A DNA stretch of 62,681 nt, counting the filler, from a bacterium (GTDB lineage: Bacteria; JAMOTN01), in the NCBI GenBank assembly GCA_027062325.1. It is 3 parts of 3 records of this genome, joined end to end, with 100 filler letters (N's around TTAATTAATTAA, not from the genome) between each part and the next. Parts side by side here need not be neighbours in the genome. Positions count along the whole stretch, not along the records: positions 25,894 to 51,283 come from JAMOTN010000060.1; 2 more parts are not named here. One strand, given 5' to 3'. The notes under the pieces were generated by a model that saw nothing but the letters and a program-made list of their open reading frames with translations, did not search any database and was not told the DNA's origin. Positions 31,036 to 42,359 of this stretch are shown piece after piece (positions within the stretch are counted from its first letter, which is position 1; every line of letters begins with the position of its first letter). The translations under genes and the position numbers were made by a program.

Positions 31036-31254
31036 TTGATGGCTAGAAAAGCTTTTGTTGATGAGGAGAGGTGTAAGGAGTGCGGGCTCTGCATAACTGC
31101 ATGCCCTAAAAGCTGCATTTCCTTCTCCTCAAAGCTAAATTCGAAAGGTTTTCACCCTATAGAGATTGATCACGAAAAGTGCATAGGCTGTGGTTTCTGC
31201 ATAGACATGTGTCCAGACACTGCTATTGAGCTTTGGGAAGTGGCAGAAGCCTAA
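31036..31254 (+). CDS. 2x[4Fe-4S] ferredoxin, delta subunit of 2-oxoacid:ferredoxin oxidoreductase
   Basis: CKECGLC...CP and CIGCGFC...CP. Confidence 0.92.
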   Translation: MMARKAFVDEERCKECGLCITACPKSCISFSSKLNSKGFHPIEIDHEKCIGCGFCIDMCPDTAIELWEVAEA

Positions 31255-31307
31255 AAGCCTAGTTGCTAAGCCACTAATAAAGTGCAGCAATAAAAGGAGG
31301 GATAAAT

Positions 31308-32378
31308 ATGGAAAAAGTGATGATGAAGGGTAACGAAGCCCTTGCAGAAGGTGCTTTGAGGGGTGGCTGTCAATGTTATTTTGGTTACCCAATAACTCCT
31401 CAAAGCGAAGTTGCAGAGTACATGTCCCGTAGAATGCCGGAGTTGGGACGCGTATTTCTGCAAACAGAAAGTGAGGTTGCTACCATTAATTACTTGTACG
31501 GTGCTGCAGGAGCAGGTGTCCGTTGTATGACTACATCCTCTTCACCGGGTATAAGTTTGATGCAAGAAGGAATATCCTATCTTATAGGAGCTGAGCTTCC
31601 ATGTCTCATTGCAAATGTAGTGCGTGGAGGTCCCGGGCTTGGAAACATACAGCCAGCCCAAGCTGATTACTGGCAAGCTACCAAAGGTGGTACTCACGGA
31701 GACTGCCGTATGATAGTCCTTGCTCCAAACTCCGTCCAGGAGATGTTTGACTTTGCACGTGATGCTTTTGACCTTGCAGAGAAATACAGAAATCCTGTAT
31801 TTATACTAGCAGACGGAGCTTTGGGCCAGATGATGGAACCCGTTGAACTTAAACCTTTCTTAGAATTTGATCCTCACAAGAATGACAGTTGGGCTACTAC
31901 CGGTGCTAAAAATCGTGAACCACACGTTATAACTTCTATCCACCTTGAGCCAGAGGAGATGGAAGAGTTCAACAGACACCTCCAAGCAAAATACCTCTTG
32001 ATGGAAAAGGAGGAAGTTCGTTGGGAAGAGTATCAAACAAACGAGGATGATTTGGATATTCTCATAGTTGCCTATGGTATAGCATCCCGTGTATGCCGCA
32101 ATGCAGTTGACGATTTGCGTGCATCCGGTATAAAAGCTGGTCTTTTGCGTCCTATAACTCTCTGGCCATTCCCAAAAGCAGAAATAAGGAGATTTGCAGA
32201 CAGGAAAATTCCAATTCTCGTCGTTGAGCTGAATATGGGTCAGATGCTTGAGGACGTTCTCCTCGCTGTTGAGGGTAAAACCTTAGTTGACTTCTACGGA
32301 AGGTACGCAGGTATCATCCCATCGGCTGATGAGGTTGTTAGAAAAGCGTTTGATACCTTGAAAAAGGTGGGAAAGTGA
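31308..32378 (+). CDS. 2-oxoacid:ferredoxin oxidoreductase alpha subunit (VOR-type)
   Basis: MKGNEA, FGYPITPQSE, MTTSSSPGISL, RGGPGLGNIQP. Confidence 0.92.
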   Translation: MEKVMMKGNEALAEGALRGGCQCYFGYPITPQSEVAEYMSRRMPELGRVFLQTESEVATINYLYGAAGAGVRCMTTSSSPGISLMQEGISYLIGAELPCLIANVVRGGPGLGNIQPAQADYWQATKGGTHGDCRMIVLAPNSVQEMFDFARDAFDLAEKYRNPVFILADGALGQMMEPVELKPFLEFDPHKNDSWATTGAKNREPHVITSIHLEPEEMEEFNRHLQAKYLLMEKEEVRWEEYQTNEDDLDILIVAYGIASRVCRNAVDDLRASGIKAGLLRPITLWPFPKAEIRRFADRKIPILVVELNMGQMLEDVLLAVEGKTLVDFYGRYAGIIPSADEVVRKAFDTLKKVGK

Positions 32379-32419
32379 TTAAAACAAGTAATTCAGGTAA
32401 ATAAAGGAGGCGAAAAGAT

Positions 32420-33178
32420 ATGGAAAAGAAGAAGCTTATCAGGGGAAGACCTGATGCTTTAAATGATAAAATCATGCACTACTGTCCCGGTTGCGGACAT
32501 GGGATTGTGCACAGAATAGTTGCTGAGGTTGTTGACGAATTAGGAATAAAAGACAGATTCGTCGGAATTGCACCTGTTGGCTGTTCTGTCTTTGCTTATT
32601 GGTACTTCAACACAGATTTTCATCAGGCAGCTCATGGAAGGGCTCCAGCGGTTGCTTCTGGTATTAAAAGAGCAAGACCAGAACTGATAGTTATGTCGTA
32701 TCAAGGAGACGGTGATTTAGCAGCTATTGGAACAGCAGAAATTGTACACGCTGCAAACCGTGGCGAGAACATAACTGTCATATTCATAAACAACGCAATA
32801 TATGGAATGACAGGTGGACAAATGGCTCCAACAACTCTTATCGGCCAAAAGAGCACAACTACTCCTTTGGGACGTGACCCACGCAAAGCAGGTTTTCCAA
32901 TTAAAATTTCCGAAATGCTAGCAGTTCTACCCGGCTCTCGCTACATTGAGAGAACAACTGTAACATCTCCTAAAGAAGTAAACAAAACTAAAAAAGCAAT
33001 AAAGAAAGCATTTGAATTACAGATGAAAGGGGAAGGATTTACCATGGTTGAGGTACTTTCTCCTTGCCCAACCAACTGGCGTTTGACTCCAAAAGACGCT
33101 TTAAAATTTGTGGAGGAGAAGATGGTTGAATACTATCCTTTGGGTGTTTTTAAAGATGAGCCAGTCTTCAATGACTAA
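32420..33178 (+). CDS. 2-oxoacid:ferredoxin oxidoreductase beta (TPP-binding) subunit
   Basis: [18 protein letters not shown]...NN, GMTGGQ, SPCPTNW. Confidence 0.93.
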   Translation: MEKKKLIRGRPDALNDKIMHYCPGCGHGIVHRIVAEVVDELGIKDRFVGIAPVGCSVFAYWYFNTDFHQAAHGRAPAVASGIKRARPELIVMSYQGDGDLAAIGTAEIVHAANRGENITVIFINNAIYGMTGGQMAPTTLIGQKSTTTPLGRDPRKAGFPIKISEMLAVLPGSRYIERTTVTSPKEVNKTKKAIKKAFELQMKGEGFTMVEVLSPCPTNWRLTPKDALKFVEEKMVEYYPLGVFKDEPVFND

Positions 33179-33195
33179 TCAAGGAGGGATAAATT

Positions 33196-33750
33196 ATGAG
33201 TGAATTTGTAACTCAAGAGATAATCTCTGCTGGAATGGGCGGTCAGGGAGTCTTAAAAGCAGGACTTCTTATTGCTGAAACCTCTATGAAGGAAGGCTAC
33301 AATGTCAGCTGGATTCCATCATATGGACCTGAGATGAGAGGAGGTACTGCAAATTGCAAGGTTGTTGTTTCAAAGAGGCCTGTTGGTTCTCCAATCGTAA
33401 CTTCCCCAAATGTTCTTTTAGCTTTTAACCGTCCATCACTTGAAAAATTTGAGCAATCACTAAAACCAGGGGGAATTCTCATATATAACAAATCTCTTAT
33501 TGAAATCGAACCAAAGCGCACAGATTTGAAACTTGTTCCTATAAAAGCAACTGAAATTGCCGATGAACTTGGAAACACCAAAGCAACTAACATGGTAATG
33601 GTCGGAGCATACGTAAAAGCCACAGGTTATTTAAATCCAGAAAAGGTTAAAGAAGAAATCAAGCACATGTTTGCAAGTAAACCTCAATTTGTTGAACTTA
33701 ATATAAAGGCATTCGAAGCAGGGTACGAAGCCGCTGAAGAGATAAAGTAA
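33196..33750 (+). CDS. 2-oxoacid:ferredoxin oxidoreductase gamma subunit
   Basis: GMGGQG, PSYGPEMRGGTANC, NMVMVG, LNIKAF. Confidence 0.93.
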   Translation: MSEFVTQEIISAGMGGQGVLKAGLLIAETSMKEGYNVSWIPSYGPEMRGGTANCKVVVSKRPVGSPIVTSPNVLLAFNRPSLEKFEQSLKPGGILIYNKSLIEIEPKRTDLKLVPIKATEIADELGNTKATNMVMVGAYVKATGYLNPEKVKEEIKHMFASKPQFVELNIKAFEAGYEAAEEIK

Positions 33751-33796
33751 AAATGAAATTGCATAACACGCATCTCTGTTCGGAGTGACCACGTTT

Positions 33797-33845
33797 GGGC
33801 AGCTTTTAGCTCAAGATGCACATTTGGGCTAAGAGCTGCCCTTTT
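33797..33845 (+). terminator. Long hairpin terminator between convergent operons
   Basis: GGGCAGCTTTTAGCTCAA / TTGGGCTAAGAGCTGCCC form 18 bp (2 G:U), followed by TTTT. Confidence 0.75.
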
Positions 33846-33915
33846 GAAATATATAAGCTGCATCTTACCGCACAATTAACAAGTAGTACTATCTACACAA
33901 ACTCGTATACACTAC

Positions 33916-34257
33916 TCACTCATGTGTTTCTCCATCTACTCGTTCTCTTTTAATTTTCCTTATAAGGTGTATTATCTCCCTATCTTTGCTATCATAAACA
34001 ACACAATCCTGCTTCTTACACCTGATACTCCAACCATCCAAAAATTCAACTACGTAAGCTTTATCCATTTGGATAACCACTCTTTTAATAAGTGCCTCAA
34101 TTCGCCATGTACTTTTAAGCAGCCTCAAAAACTTATTGAACTCCCTTTTAGCTCTCTCTTTTTTCGCCCCTATAGAAGAAAACTGAAAACCCAAAATTAT
34201 GCTAAAAAAAACAACTACTGCTAATATAACCGCGCCGCGTCTTGTATTTCCCTGCAT
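33916..34257 (-). CDS. Hypothetical protein with pilin-like N-terminus
   Basis: RRG followed by a hydrophobic helix AVILAVVVFFSIILG; GAGGTGG RBS; co-oriented with gyrA. Confidence 0.55.
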   Translation of the reverse strand: MQGNTRRGAVILAVVVFFSIILGFQFSSIGAKKERAKREFNKFLRLLKSTWRIEALIKRVVIQMDKAYVVEFLDGWSIRCKKQDCVVYDSKDREIIHLIRKIKRERVDGETHE

Positions 34258-34299
34258 TATGCCACCTCTGAAGCCCCTACCTAACCAAACTCTGCACTT

Positions 34300-34587
34300 T
34301 TACCTAGTCACCTTGCTGTCTTTCCATCCCTTTATAACAATTATCTCATTAGTTCCAACATAATCCAGCTCCCTTCTCACAAGCGCCTCAATACCCGCTG
34401 GGGTTCGGTAATAATCGTAAAGCCTTCTTAACCTATCTATTTTTTCTGTTAAATACGCCATTTCTGTTAGAATTTGTTCCTTCTCTTTTTTTAAATAGTG
34501 CAGCTGAACTATAACCCTCACTCCATCTATTATTTGTATTAAAACTATCAGAGATATTGCTATAAACAGCGTCTTCAAGCTCTTCAA
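34300..34587 (-). CDS. Septum formation initiator (FtsB/DivIC family)
   Basis: TM helix, coiled coil, [16 protein letters not shown] (cf. IExxARxxLxxVxxGE). Confidence 0.75.
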   Translation of the reverse strand: MKSLKTLFIAISLIVLIQIIDGVRVIVQLHYLKKEKEQILTEMAYLTEKIDRLRRLYDYYRTPAGIEALVRRELDYVGTNEIIVIKGWKDSKVTR

Positions 34588-37010
34588 GATTCATCTTCCT
34601 CCTTGATAACCGCTATAGACATCACCCTGTCATCTTTAGATAAATCAACCAACTTCACACCGCTTGCATACCTCTTTTGCACTGCTATTCCATCTGTCGG
34701 TATCCTTATGATTTTACCGTTTTGCGTAATCATAACAAGATCTTCACCGCCATCCAAAGAAGCTATAGCTACCAACTCTCCTGTTCTACCAGAACAATTT
34801 ATTCCTCTTATTCCAACTCCACCCCTTCTTTGCAATCTAAACTCCTCAAAAGGCGTAATCTTGCCGTATCCTCTTGACGTCACAAACAAAACATTATTCC
34901 GTTGCCTTGCAGCTCCAATCACTTTGTTATTACCAGATAATTTCATTATTCTTACACCTCGTGCTCCTCTTCCCGTCTCCCTTACATCATTTGAAGAAAA
35001 CACAATTACATTTCCATCAGATGAGGCGACTACAAAGTTTTCTTCCTCTTCAAACACAAGTACTCCAACCACTTCATCTCCATCTTCTAATCCTTGGAAT
35101 ATCAATCCGGTGCGCCGAGTACTGGATTTTAAATCACTTATCAATGTAACCTTTCCCATTCCCCTCTTTGTAACTGAGAAAACTTTCCCTTTGTCAAGAG
35201 AAAATACACGAGCTATTTCACCAACTCTTTCTCCTTTTTTCAACTCTACGAGGTAAGAAACCATTGTTCCCCTTCCTTCTCTCTTTACCTCAGGGATTTT
35301 AGAAACCGGAAGGGTATAGACTCTTCCCATATTTGTAAAAAGCATGAGGTAATCGTTTCCTCGCACTGTAACTACACTGACTGGATAGTCTTCCTCTTTG
35401 TAGTTACCAGCAAGTACTCCTTTTCCACCCCTTTTCTGCGCCCGGTACTCCTTGTTTTTGACCTTTTTCAGGTATCCACGACTGCTAAGGGTAACAACAT
35501 AAGTTGATGTATCCTCCTCTTCCTCCTCCGTGAGATCCATGCTGACTCCACCTATCTGTGTTCTTCTCTCATCACCAAACTTATCCTTTAACTCAATTAG
35601 CTCCTTCTTGACTATCTCCATTCTCAACTCGTGGCTTGCCAGAATCTCCTCAAAGCGCTTTATACTCTCTTCAAGTTTTCTCCTTTCCTCTTCTAGCTTC
35701 TCAACTTCTAAAGCAACCAGTTTTGAAAGTTGCATATCAAGAATTGCCTGAGCTTGCTTTTCTGTAAGTTCAAAACGCTCTGTAAGACGCATCTTTGCCT
35801 CTGCTGTACTTTCACTCGTCTTTATCATTTCAACAACCTCTTCAATATTAGCTATTGCTATCAAGAATCCTGTAACAACTTCCAAACGATCCTTTGCCTT
35901 AGCGAGATCGTACTCTGTACGCCTTATTATCACATTTTCTCTGTGTTTCACGTAAAGTTCGAGGAGCTGTTTAAACTTCAGTGTTACTGGAACTCCATCT
36001 ACTATTGCAAGCATGTTTACTGAATAAACTGTTTCAAGCTGTGTATACTTAAACAACTTATTTAAAACTTTATACGCACTTTCTCCTCTTTTTAGCTCTA
36101 CAACAACGCGCATTCCCTCCCTATCACTCTCATCACGTAAATCCGCAATTTCTGTAATTTTACCATTTTTTACAAGTTGAGCAATTTTTTCTAAAATTGT
36201 CCCTTTAGATACTTGATACGGAATTTCCGTTATAACTATGGCCTCTTTTCCTCCTTTAATAGGCTCCACATCTACTTTGGCTCTAACTCGTAACCTGCCA
36301 CTTCCAGTAGCATAAATTTTGACTATCTCCTCTGGATTAGTTATTATTCCACCAGTTGGAAAATCAGGTCCCTTGACACAATCCATAAGCTCAACAATTG
36401 TAATGGACGGATTATCAATATAGGCAACTATAGCATCTACTATTTCAGATAAATTATGTGGTGGTATATTTGTCGACATACCAACAGCAATTCCACTTGA
36501 ACCATTTATCAAAAGATTCGGAATAACACTTGGCAGGTACTCTGGTTCCATCAAAGATTCATCAAAGTTTGGCCTGAAAGGCACTGTATTCTTCTCTATA
36601 TCCTGTAAAAGGTATTCTCCAAGCGCAGATAACCTAGCCTCAGTGTACCTCATAGCAGCAGGTGGATCCCCATCAACAGATCCAAAGTTACCGTGACCCT
36701 CTATCAATGGGTAACGCATAGAGAAACCTTGAGCCATTCTAACTAATGCCTCATAAACAGCACTATCTCCATGCGGATGATACTTACCCAAAACTTCTCC
36801 AACTACTCTTGCACTCTTTTTAAAAGGCTTGTTATGACGCAATCCCATCTCGTACATCACATATAAAATTCTTCTTTGGACAGGCTTTAGACCATCTTTT
36901 ACATCAGGAATTGCACGCCCAATTATAACGCTCATTGCGTAATCAAGATAACTTATCCTTATCTCTTCATCTAACCTTTTAGGTATTATCTCTCCTGCAA
37001 AGAGACTCAT
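34584..37010 (-). CDS. gyrA: DNA gyrase subunit A
   Basis: [26 protein letters not shown], GyrA-box QKRGGKG; ATG 37010 with AGGAGG. Confidence 0.98.
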   Translation of the reverse strand: MSLFAGEIIPKRLDEEIRISYLDYAMSVIIGRAIPDVKDGLKPVQRRILYVMYEMGLRHNKPFKKSARVVGEVLGKYHPHGDSAVYEALVRMAQGFSMRYPLIEGHGNFGSVDGDPPAAMRYTEARLSALGEYLLQDIEKNTVPFRPNFDESLMEPEYLPSVIPNLLINGSSGIAVGMSTNIPPHNLSEIVDAIVAYIDNPSITIVELMDCVKGPDFPTGGIITNPEEIVKIYATGSGRLRVRAKVDVEPIKGGKEAIVITEIPYQVSKGTILEKIAQLVKNGKITEIADLRDESDREGMRVVVELKRGESAYKVLNKLFKYTQLETVYSVNMLAIVDGVPVTLKFKQLLELYVKHRENVIIRRTEYDLAKAKDRLEVVTGFLIAIANIEEVVEMIKTSESTAEAKMRLTERFELTEKQAQAILDMQLSKLVALEVEKLEEERRKLEESIKRFEEILASHELRMEIVKKELIELKDKFGDERRTQIGGVSMDLTEEEEEDTSTYVVTLSSRGYLKKVKNKEYRAQKRGGKGVLAGNYKEEDYPVSVVTVRGNDYLMLFTNMGRVYTLPVSKIPEVKREGRGTMVSYLVELKKGERVGEIARVFSLDKGKVFSVTKRGMGKVTLISDLKSSTRRTGLIFQGLEDGDEVVGVLVFEEEENFVVASSDGNVIVFSSNDVRETGRGARGVRIMKLSGNNKVIGAARQRNNVLFVTSRGYGKITPFEEFRLQRRGGVGIRGINCSGRTGELVAIASLDGGEDLVMITQNGKIIRIPTDGIAVQKRYASGVKLVDLSKDDRVMSIAVIKEEDES

Positions 37011-37055
37011 ATTCAATCCTCCTTTACATGCATTTTGCAACAGTTACTCTATTGA

Positions 37056-38972
<1,917 letters not shown>

Positions 38973-38996
38973 CTACCCCTCCTTTAGAATTACATT

Positions 38997-39572
38997 TTAC
39001 TTTTCTATAACGTATCTCTTAGCAGCTTTGACATAAACCTCAAACTCTTCCAACAATCCCTCTTCAAGCTTACGTTTGGGAATTTTTCTCTTGATCTCTT
39101 TGTAAGCCTTTAAGAAGGCTATTGCACTTTCTTTAGTAAATTTTTTAAGAAAAGACGAAACCTCAGATCTGAGCTTTTGTATCTCATCTTGAAATTCCAC
39201 GTTTTTTTCTTCTTCCGAGGCTATTTTTCTAAGCTCCGATATTCTCTTCATGTCCTTTTTTTCTTCACAAAGGACACACATTATTCCCTCACGAATAGGT
39301 CTTCCGCAAACAATGCATCTTTTTTGAGGAGGATTGAATTTTTTCAGAAACGAATTTACACTCTCTTTTAAATCTTCAGGAACCTCATCAAAAGAATCAC
39401 GTATATCAAAAGCTTTTTCACTACCTATCTCCTCACTCGAGGCTCTCTCATTAGTAACTGTTTCACGTGAAACAGTATAATTCCCATTTCGAGCGAGCAC
39501 TTTAAAATTCCCTATTTTCCTTAACAATCTAGCTCCACTTAGTTTTGAGCCCCCTTTTTTCACTCCCGACAC
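38997..39572 (-). CDS. Zn-finger protein in the DUF721/DciA position
   Basis: Between recF-like and gyrB; CIVCG...CVLC zinc knuckle. Confidence 0.5.
   Translation of the reverse strand: MSGVKKGGSKLSGARLLRKIGNFKVLARNGNYTVSRETVTNERASSEEIGSEKAFDIRDSFDEVPEDLKESVNSFLKKFNPPQKRCIVCGRPIREGIMCVLCEEKKDMKRISELRKIASEEEKNVEFQDEIQKLRSEVSSFLKKFTKESAIAFLKAYKEIKRKIPKRKLEEGLLEEFEVYVKAAKRYVIEK
39459..39474. promoter_or_regulatory. parS centromere site
   Basis: Exact TGTTTCACGTGAAACA; palindrome extends to 20 bp (39457-39476); about 2.3 kb from oriC. Confidence 0.92.
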
Positions 39573-39573
39573 C

Positions 39574-40449
39574 CTACCTTTTGCTAAGCGATGTAATGTA
39601 AAACACTTCTCTAACTTCCTTCAAATCTAAACATCCTTCTCCATTTGAAAGGTACAAAATTAAATTTCCTGTCTCCCCAAGCCTCCTTACCAAAGGTAAA
39701 ATCAAGCTCAAGCTCAAACTCAAAAAAGGCTGATCCAACAAAATTACTCCTATGTCCCTCCTCTCAACTCTTTTTTTTAGATAAAAAACAGATAGCCATT
39801 CTATCAGATTGCAAAGCTCTGTGTATGTTTGCGATCCATTCCAAGCCTTTTGATAAAAGTATATCATATCCTTGGGGCTAAAATTAGACACATTTAAATT
39901 TTCCAGAAACACACTCATATTATTCCAGAGTTTCTCCAGCAGAAATTCAACGAAATCGTATTTTCTAGGAATAAATTTACGTCTTCCATTTTTTAACCTA
40001 TCAACCAACACCCCTTCAAGTTGTACATCAAAATTCTTACCGAACATTTTCTTTATTTTTTTTTCAACCCCAACTTGCATACTCAAATCGGAACTTGTGA
40101 TATAAAGCAGACTAGCTTTAAGTTCTCCTGCACGCATATCAATGTCATCTTTTACTATACACTCTGCACATTTTTCATAAGCTTCAAGATCTTTCACACA
40201 TACTTTCACATAAGCCATAGTTTTTCCTCTAGAAAGGTGAGAAACAGGCAGCAGCTTTGTCAACTTACCAGTCAGGCACGTTGAAATTGCCTCGCAAAAT
40301 GCTGTTTTACCACCAGCTGGCGGTGCCAATAAAATTGTGGGACTTTTAAAGGTAAGTTCCATATCAGAAAAGACTCTCCAATTCTTAATATTTACCTCAA
40401 CAATCCTTGCTCTTATCTTCTCTCCTTTCTGAGTATTATTCTTGCTCAT
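39574..40449 (-). CDS. recF: RecF-like ABC ATPase, degenerate and shortened
   Basis: IKNWRVF...GGKTAFCEAI N-terminus, ILLDQPF Walker B region, position between dnaA and gyrB. Confidence 0.65.
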   Translation of the reverse strand: MSKNNTQKGEKIRARIVEVNIKNWRVFSDMELTFKSPTILLAPPAGGKTAFCEAISTCLTGKLTKLLPVSHLSRGKTMAYVKVCVKDLEAYEKCAECIVKDDIDMRAGELKASLLYITSSDLSMQVGVEKKIKKMFGKNFDVQLEGVLVDRLKNGRRKFIPRKYDFVEFLLEKLWNNMSVFLENLNVSNFSPKDMIYFYQKAWNGSQTYTELCNLIEWLSVFYLKKRVERRDIGVILLDQPFLSLSLSLILPLVRRLGETGNLILYLSNGEGCLDLKEVREVFYITSLSKR

Positions 40450-40502
40450 AAATACAATCCCCCAACTCAAGAACCATTTTCCTTCATCTACACGCTTTAT
40501 TG

Positions 40503-41774
40503 TCAGTTCATCACACTATCTACCACTCTTCTTATCTTGTTGTAAAATTTATTCCCTTCCTCTCCTGAAAGTATTCTCTCTATCTTTTTTATAGCATGCA
40601 TTACAGTCGTATGATCTTTGCGCCCACACAGCTTTGCTATCTCTTTTAAAGACGAACCCTTAATTTTTTTCAAAAGGTACATTAGGGTATGACGGGCAGC
40701 CGAAACTTTGTCAATTCTGGAACTTCCCTGGATATCTTTCAGCGTAACTCCGAATTCTCTACACACAACCTCTACAAGCTCATCAATCGAGTCTTCGTCC
40801 TCAGAAGATGTGTACTCCGACAAAACATGTCTTACCAAATCCACAGAGACAGTACCGCCACTTACTTTCACAAATGTTGCCAGTGTATTTATGAAACCCT
40901 GTATCTTCCTCACACTTCCTTTCAGGCGAGAAGCTATATATGCTACCATCGTAGAGTCTAACTCTAAGTTATAACTAGATGCGTAAAAATTCACAAGCTT
41001 TCTCCTCAGCTCTGCATCCGGTGGATTTATACCAACTGTAACCCCACTTTCAAACCTACTTACAAGCCTCCCTTCCAAACCCTTTAATTTTGAAGGCCTT
41101 TCATCACTTGTGATGACTATCTGTTTGCCATTAGCGTAAAGAAAGTTGAATATAGAAAAAAACTCTTCTTGAGCCATGGAATTTTTTAGAAACTGAACAT
41201 CATCCATGAGCAAACAGCTTATCTGCCTGTAAAATTCCCTAAACTCTGTCATTGTCCCACTATCCAGTGCTGCAAATAACCTATCCAGAAACTCCTTTCC
41301 ACTAACATATACAACCCTGTGACCTCTATCTCTTAAGTAATTACCTATGGCATGTAAAAGATGCGTTTTTCCAACACCAACCCCTCCATATAAAAAGAGA
41401 GGATTCGCCGATTCACCCGGCTTTTTTGCAACGTCTAAACACGTTACGTAAGCCAGCCTGTTGCTCTCTCCCACCACAAAGTTATCGAAGGTGTAATCTT
41501 TAAATATAGTATCATCCACTCTCTCTTGGGGAGCTGTTATCTCCACATCAAATTCCGTGGATCCATATATTCCCCTCATAAAACTTTTAACAGTTTCATC
41601 TATCTCTTCTCTTCTTTCTTCGAGAATTTCGGCACTTATGTCATTTTTAGCAATTATTGTAATTTTTCGTCCTTTAATGTCCCCGTCTATCTCCTCTATT
41701 AAAGCGGCGTCATCTCCTAAAACGTCATCCACACGCTCCTTCAACTTTCTCCATATAACTTCCCTCTTTGTCAA
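40503..41774 (-). CDS. dnaA: Chromosomal replication initiator DnaA
   Basis: YTFDNFVVG, GGVGVGKTHL, MDDVQF, RLVSRF, domain IV DHTTVMHA. Confidence 0.97.
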   Translation of the reverse strand: MTKREVIWRKLKERVDDVLGDDAALIEEIDGDIKGRKITIIAKNDISAEILEERREEIDETVKSFMRGIYGSTEFDVEITAPQERVDDTIFKDYTFDNFVVGESNRLAYVTCLDVAKKPGESANPLFLYGGVGVGKTHLLHAIGNYLRDRGHRVVYVSGKEFLDRLFAALDSGTMTEFREFYRQISCLLMDDVQFLKNSMAQEEFFSIFNFLYANGKQIVITSDERPSKLKGLEGRLVSRFESGVTVGINPPDAELRRKLVNFYASSYNLELDSTMVAYIASRLKGSVRKIQGFINTLATFVKVSGGTVSVDLVRHVLSEYTSSEDEDSIDELVEVVCREFGVTLKDIQGSSRIDKVSAARHTLMYLLKKIKGSSLKEIAKLCGRKDHTTVMHAIKKIERILSGEEGNKFYNKIRRVVDSVMN

Positions 41775-41792
41775 CTTTTTTCACCTCTCAAG

Positions 41793-42080
41793 TTTTCCAC
41801 ATTTTCCACATATTTTTCCACATTTACCTATAAACACGATTAAAACTACACATCGATAATGTCCCTGTATTTCCACATTCTTTTAAATCGCCCATTTTTA
41901 CCACATTTTTATTTTCCACATAATTTTCCACTTTTCCACATTCCACATTATTCCACAATCCATCCACAAAATATTCACAACTGCTTCCACACAAATTTTA
42001 GAAATTAATTCCCTAATTACCGAAGTTAATTTTCAAAACTTACATTTCCACAGCTTACATTACATTAGACTAGACTTCTA
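41793..42080. other. Replication origin oriC (DnaA-box cluster)
   Basis: Five TTTTCCACA matches to TTWTNCACA (41793, 41802, 41814, 41912, 41932) plus about nine 1-2 mismatch copies; AT-rich tract near 41993-42040; lies between dnaA and rpmH. Confidence 0.88.
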
Positions 42081-42170
42081 ACAAAAAGACAGCCGATGTA
42101 AGGGAATAAGAACCCTTCTTTACAACCGCCTCTGAATGAGATATCATTTTGGATACGGGGGGTGATTACG

Positions 42171-42320
42171 ATGCCAAAGTCTCTCAAAGGAGTGACTTAC
42201 CTGCCAAACAAGAGAAAAAGAAAGAAAACTCATGGTTTCTTGGTGAGAATGCGTACAAAAAGTGGCAGAAGGATTATCAAGAGAAGAAGAGCAAAGGGAA
42301 GGAAGAGACTAGCCGTCTAA
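42171..42320 (+). CDS. rpmH: 50S ribosomal protein L34, not in the ORF track
   Basis: Manual translation [49 protein letters not shown]. Confidence 0.96.
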   Translation: MPKSLKGVTYLPNKRKRKKTHGFLVRMRTKSGRRIIKRRRAKGRKRLAV

Positions 42321-42359
42321 ATATAATTGCTGGTAGGCTTTTGTGGTGAGTGGACGTCT

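Noticed and set aside
34603-35256. 217-aa antisense ORF in gyrA and many similar antisense ORFs in the track
   Set aside because: Ser/Phe/Thr-rich mirror frames of real genes with no motifs
35944-35959. parS-like TGTTTCACGTAAAGTT inside gyrA
   Set aside because: Only 12/16 match with a broken right half-site
41793-41991. Dense short direct repeats resembling a CRISPR array or satellite
   Set aside because: Units are 7-9 bp DnaA boxes with irregular short spacing; no long repeats, spacers or cas genes
42149-42349. 66-aa ORF in the track
   Set aside because: Out-of-frame shadow of rpmH (42171-42320)
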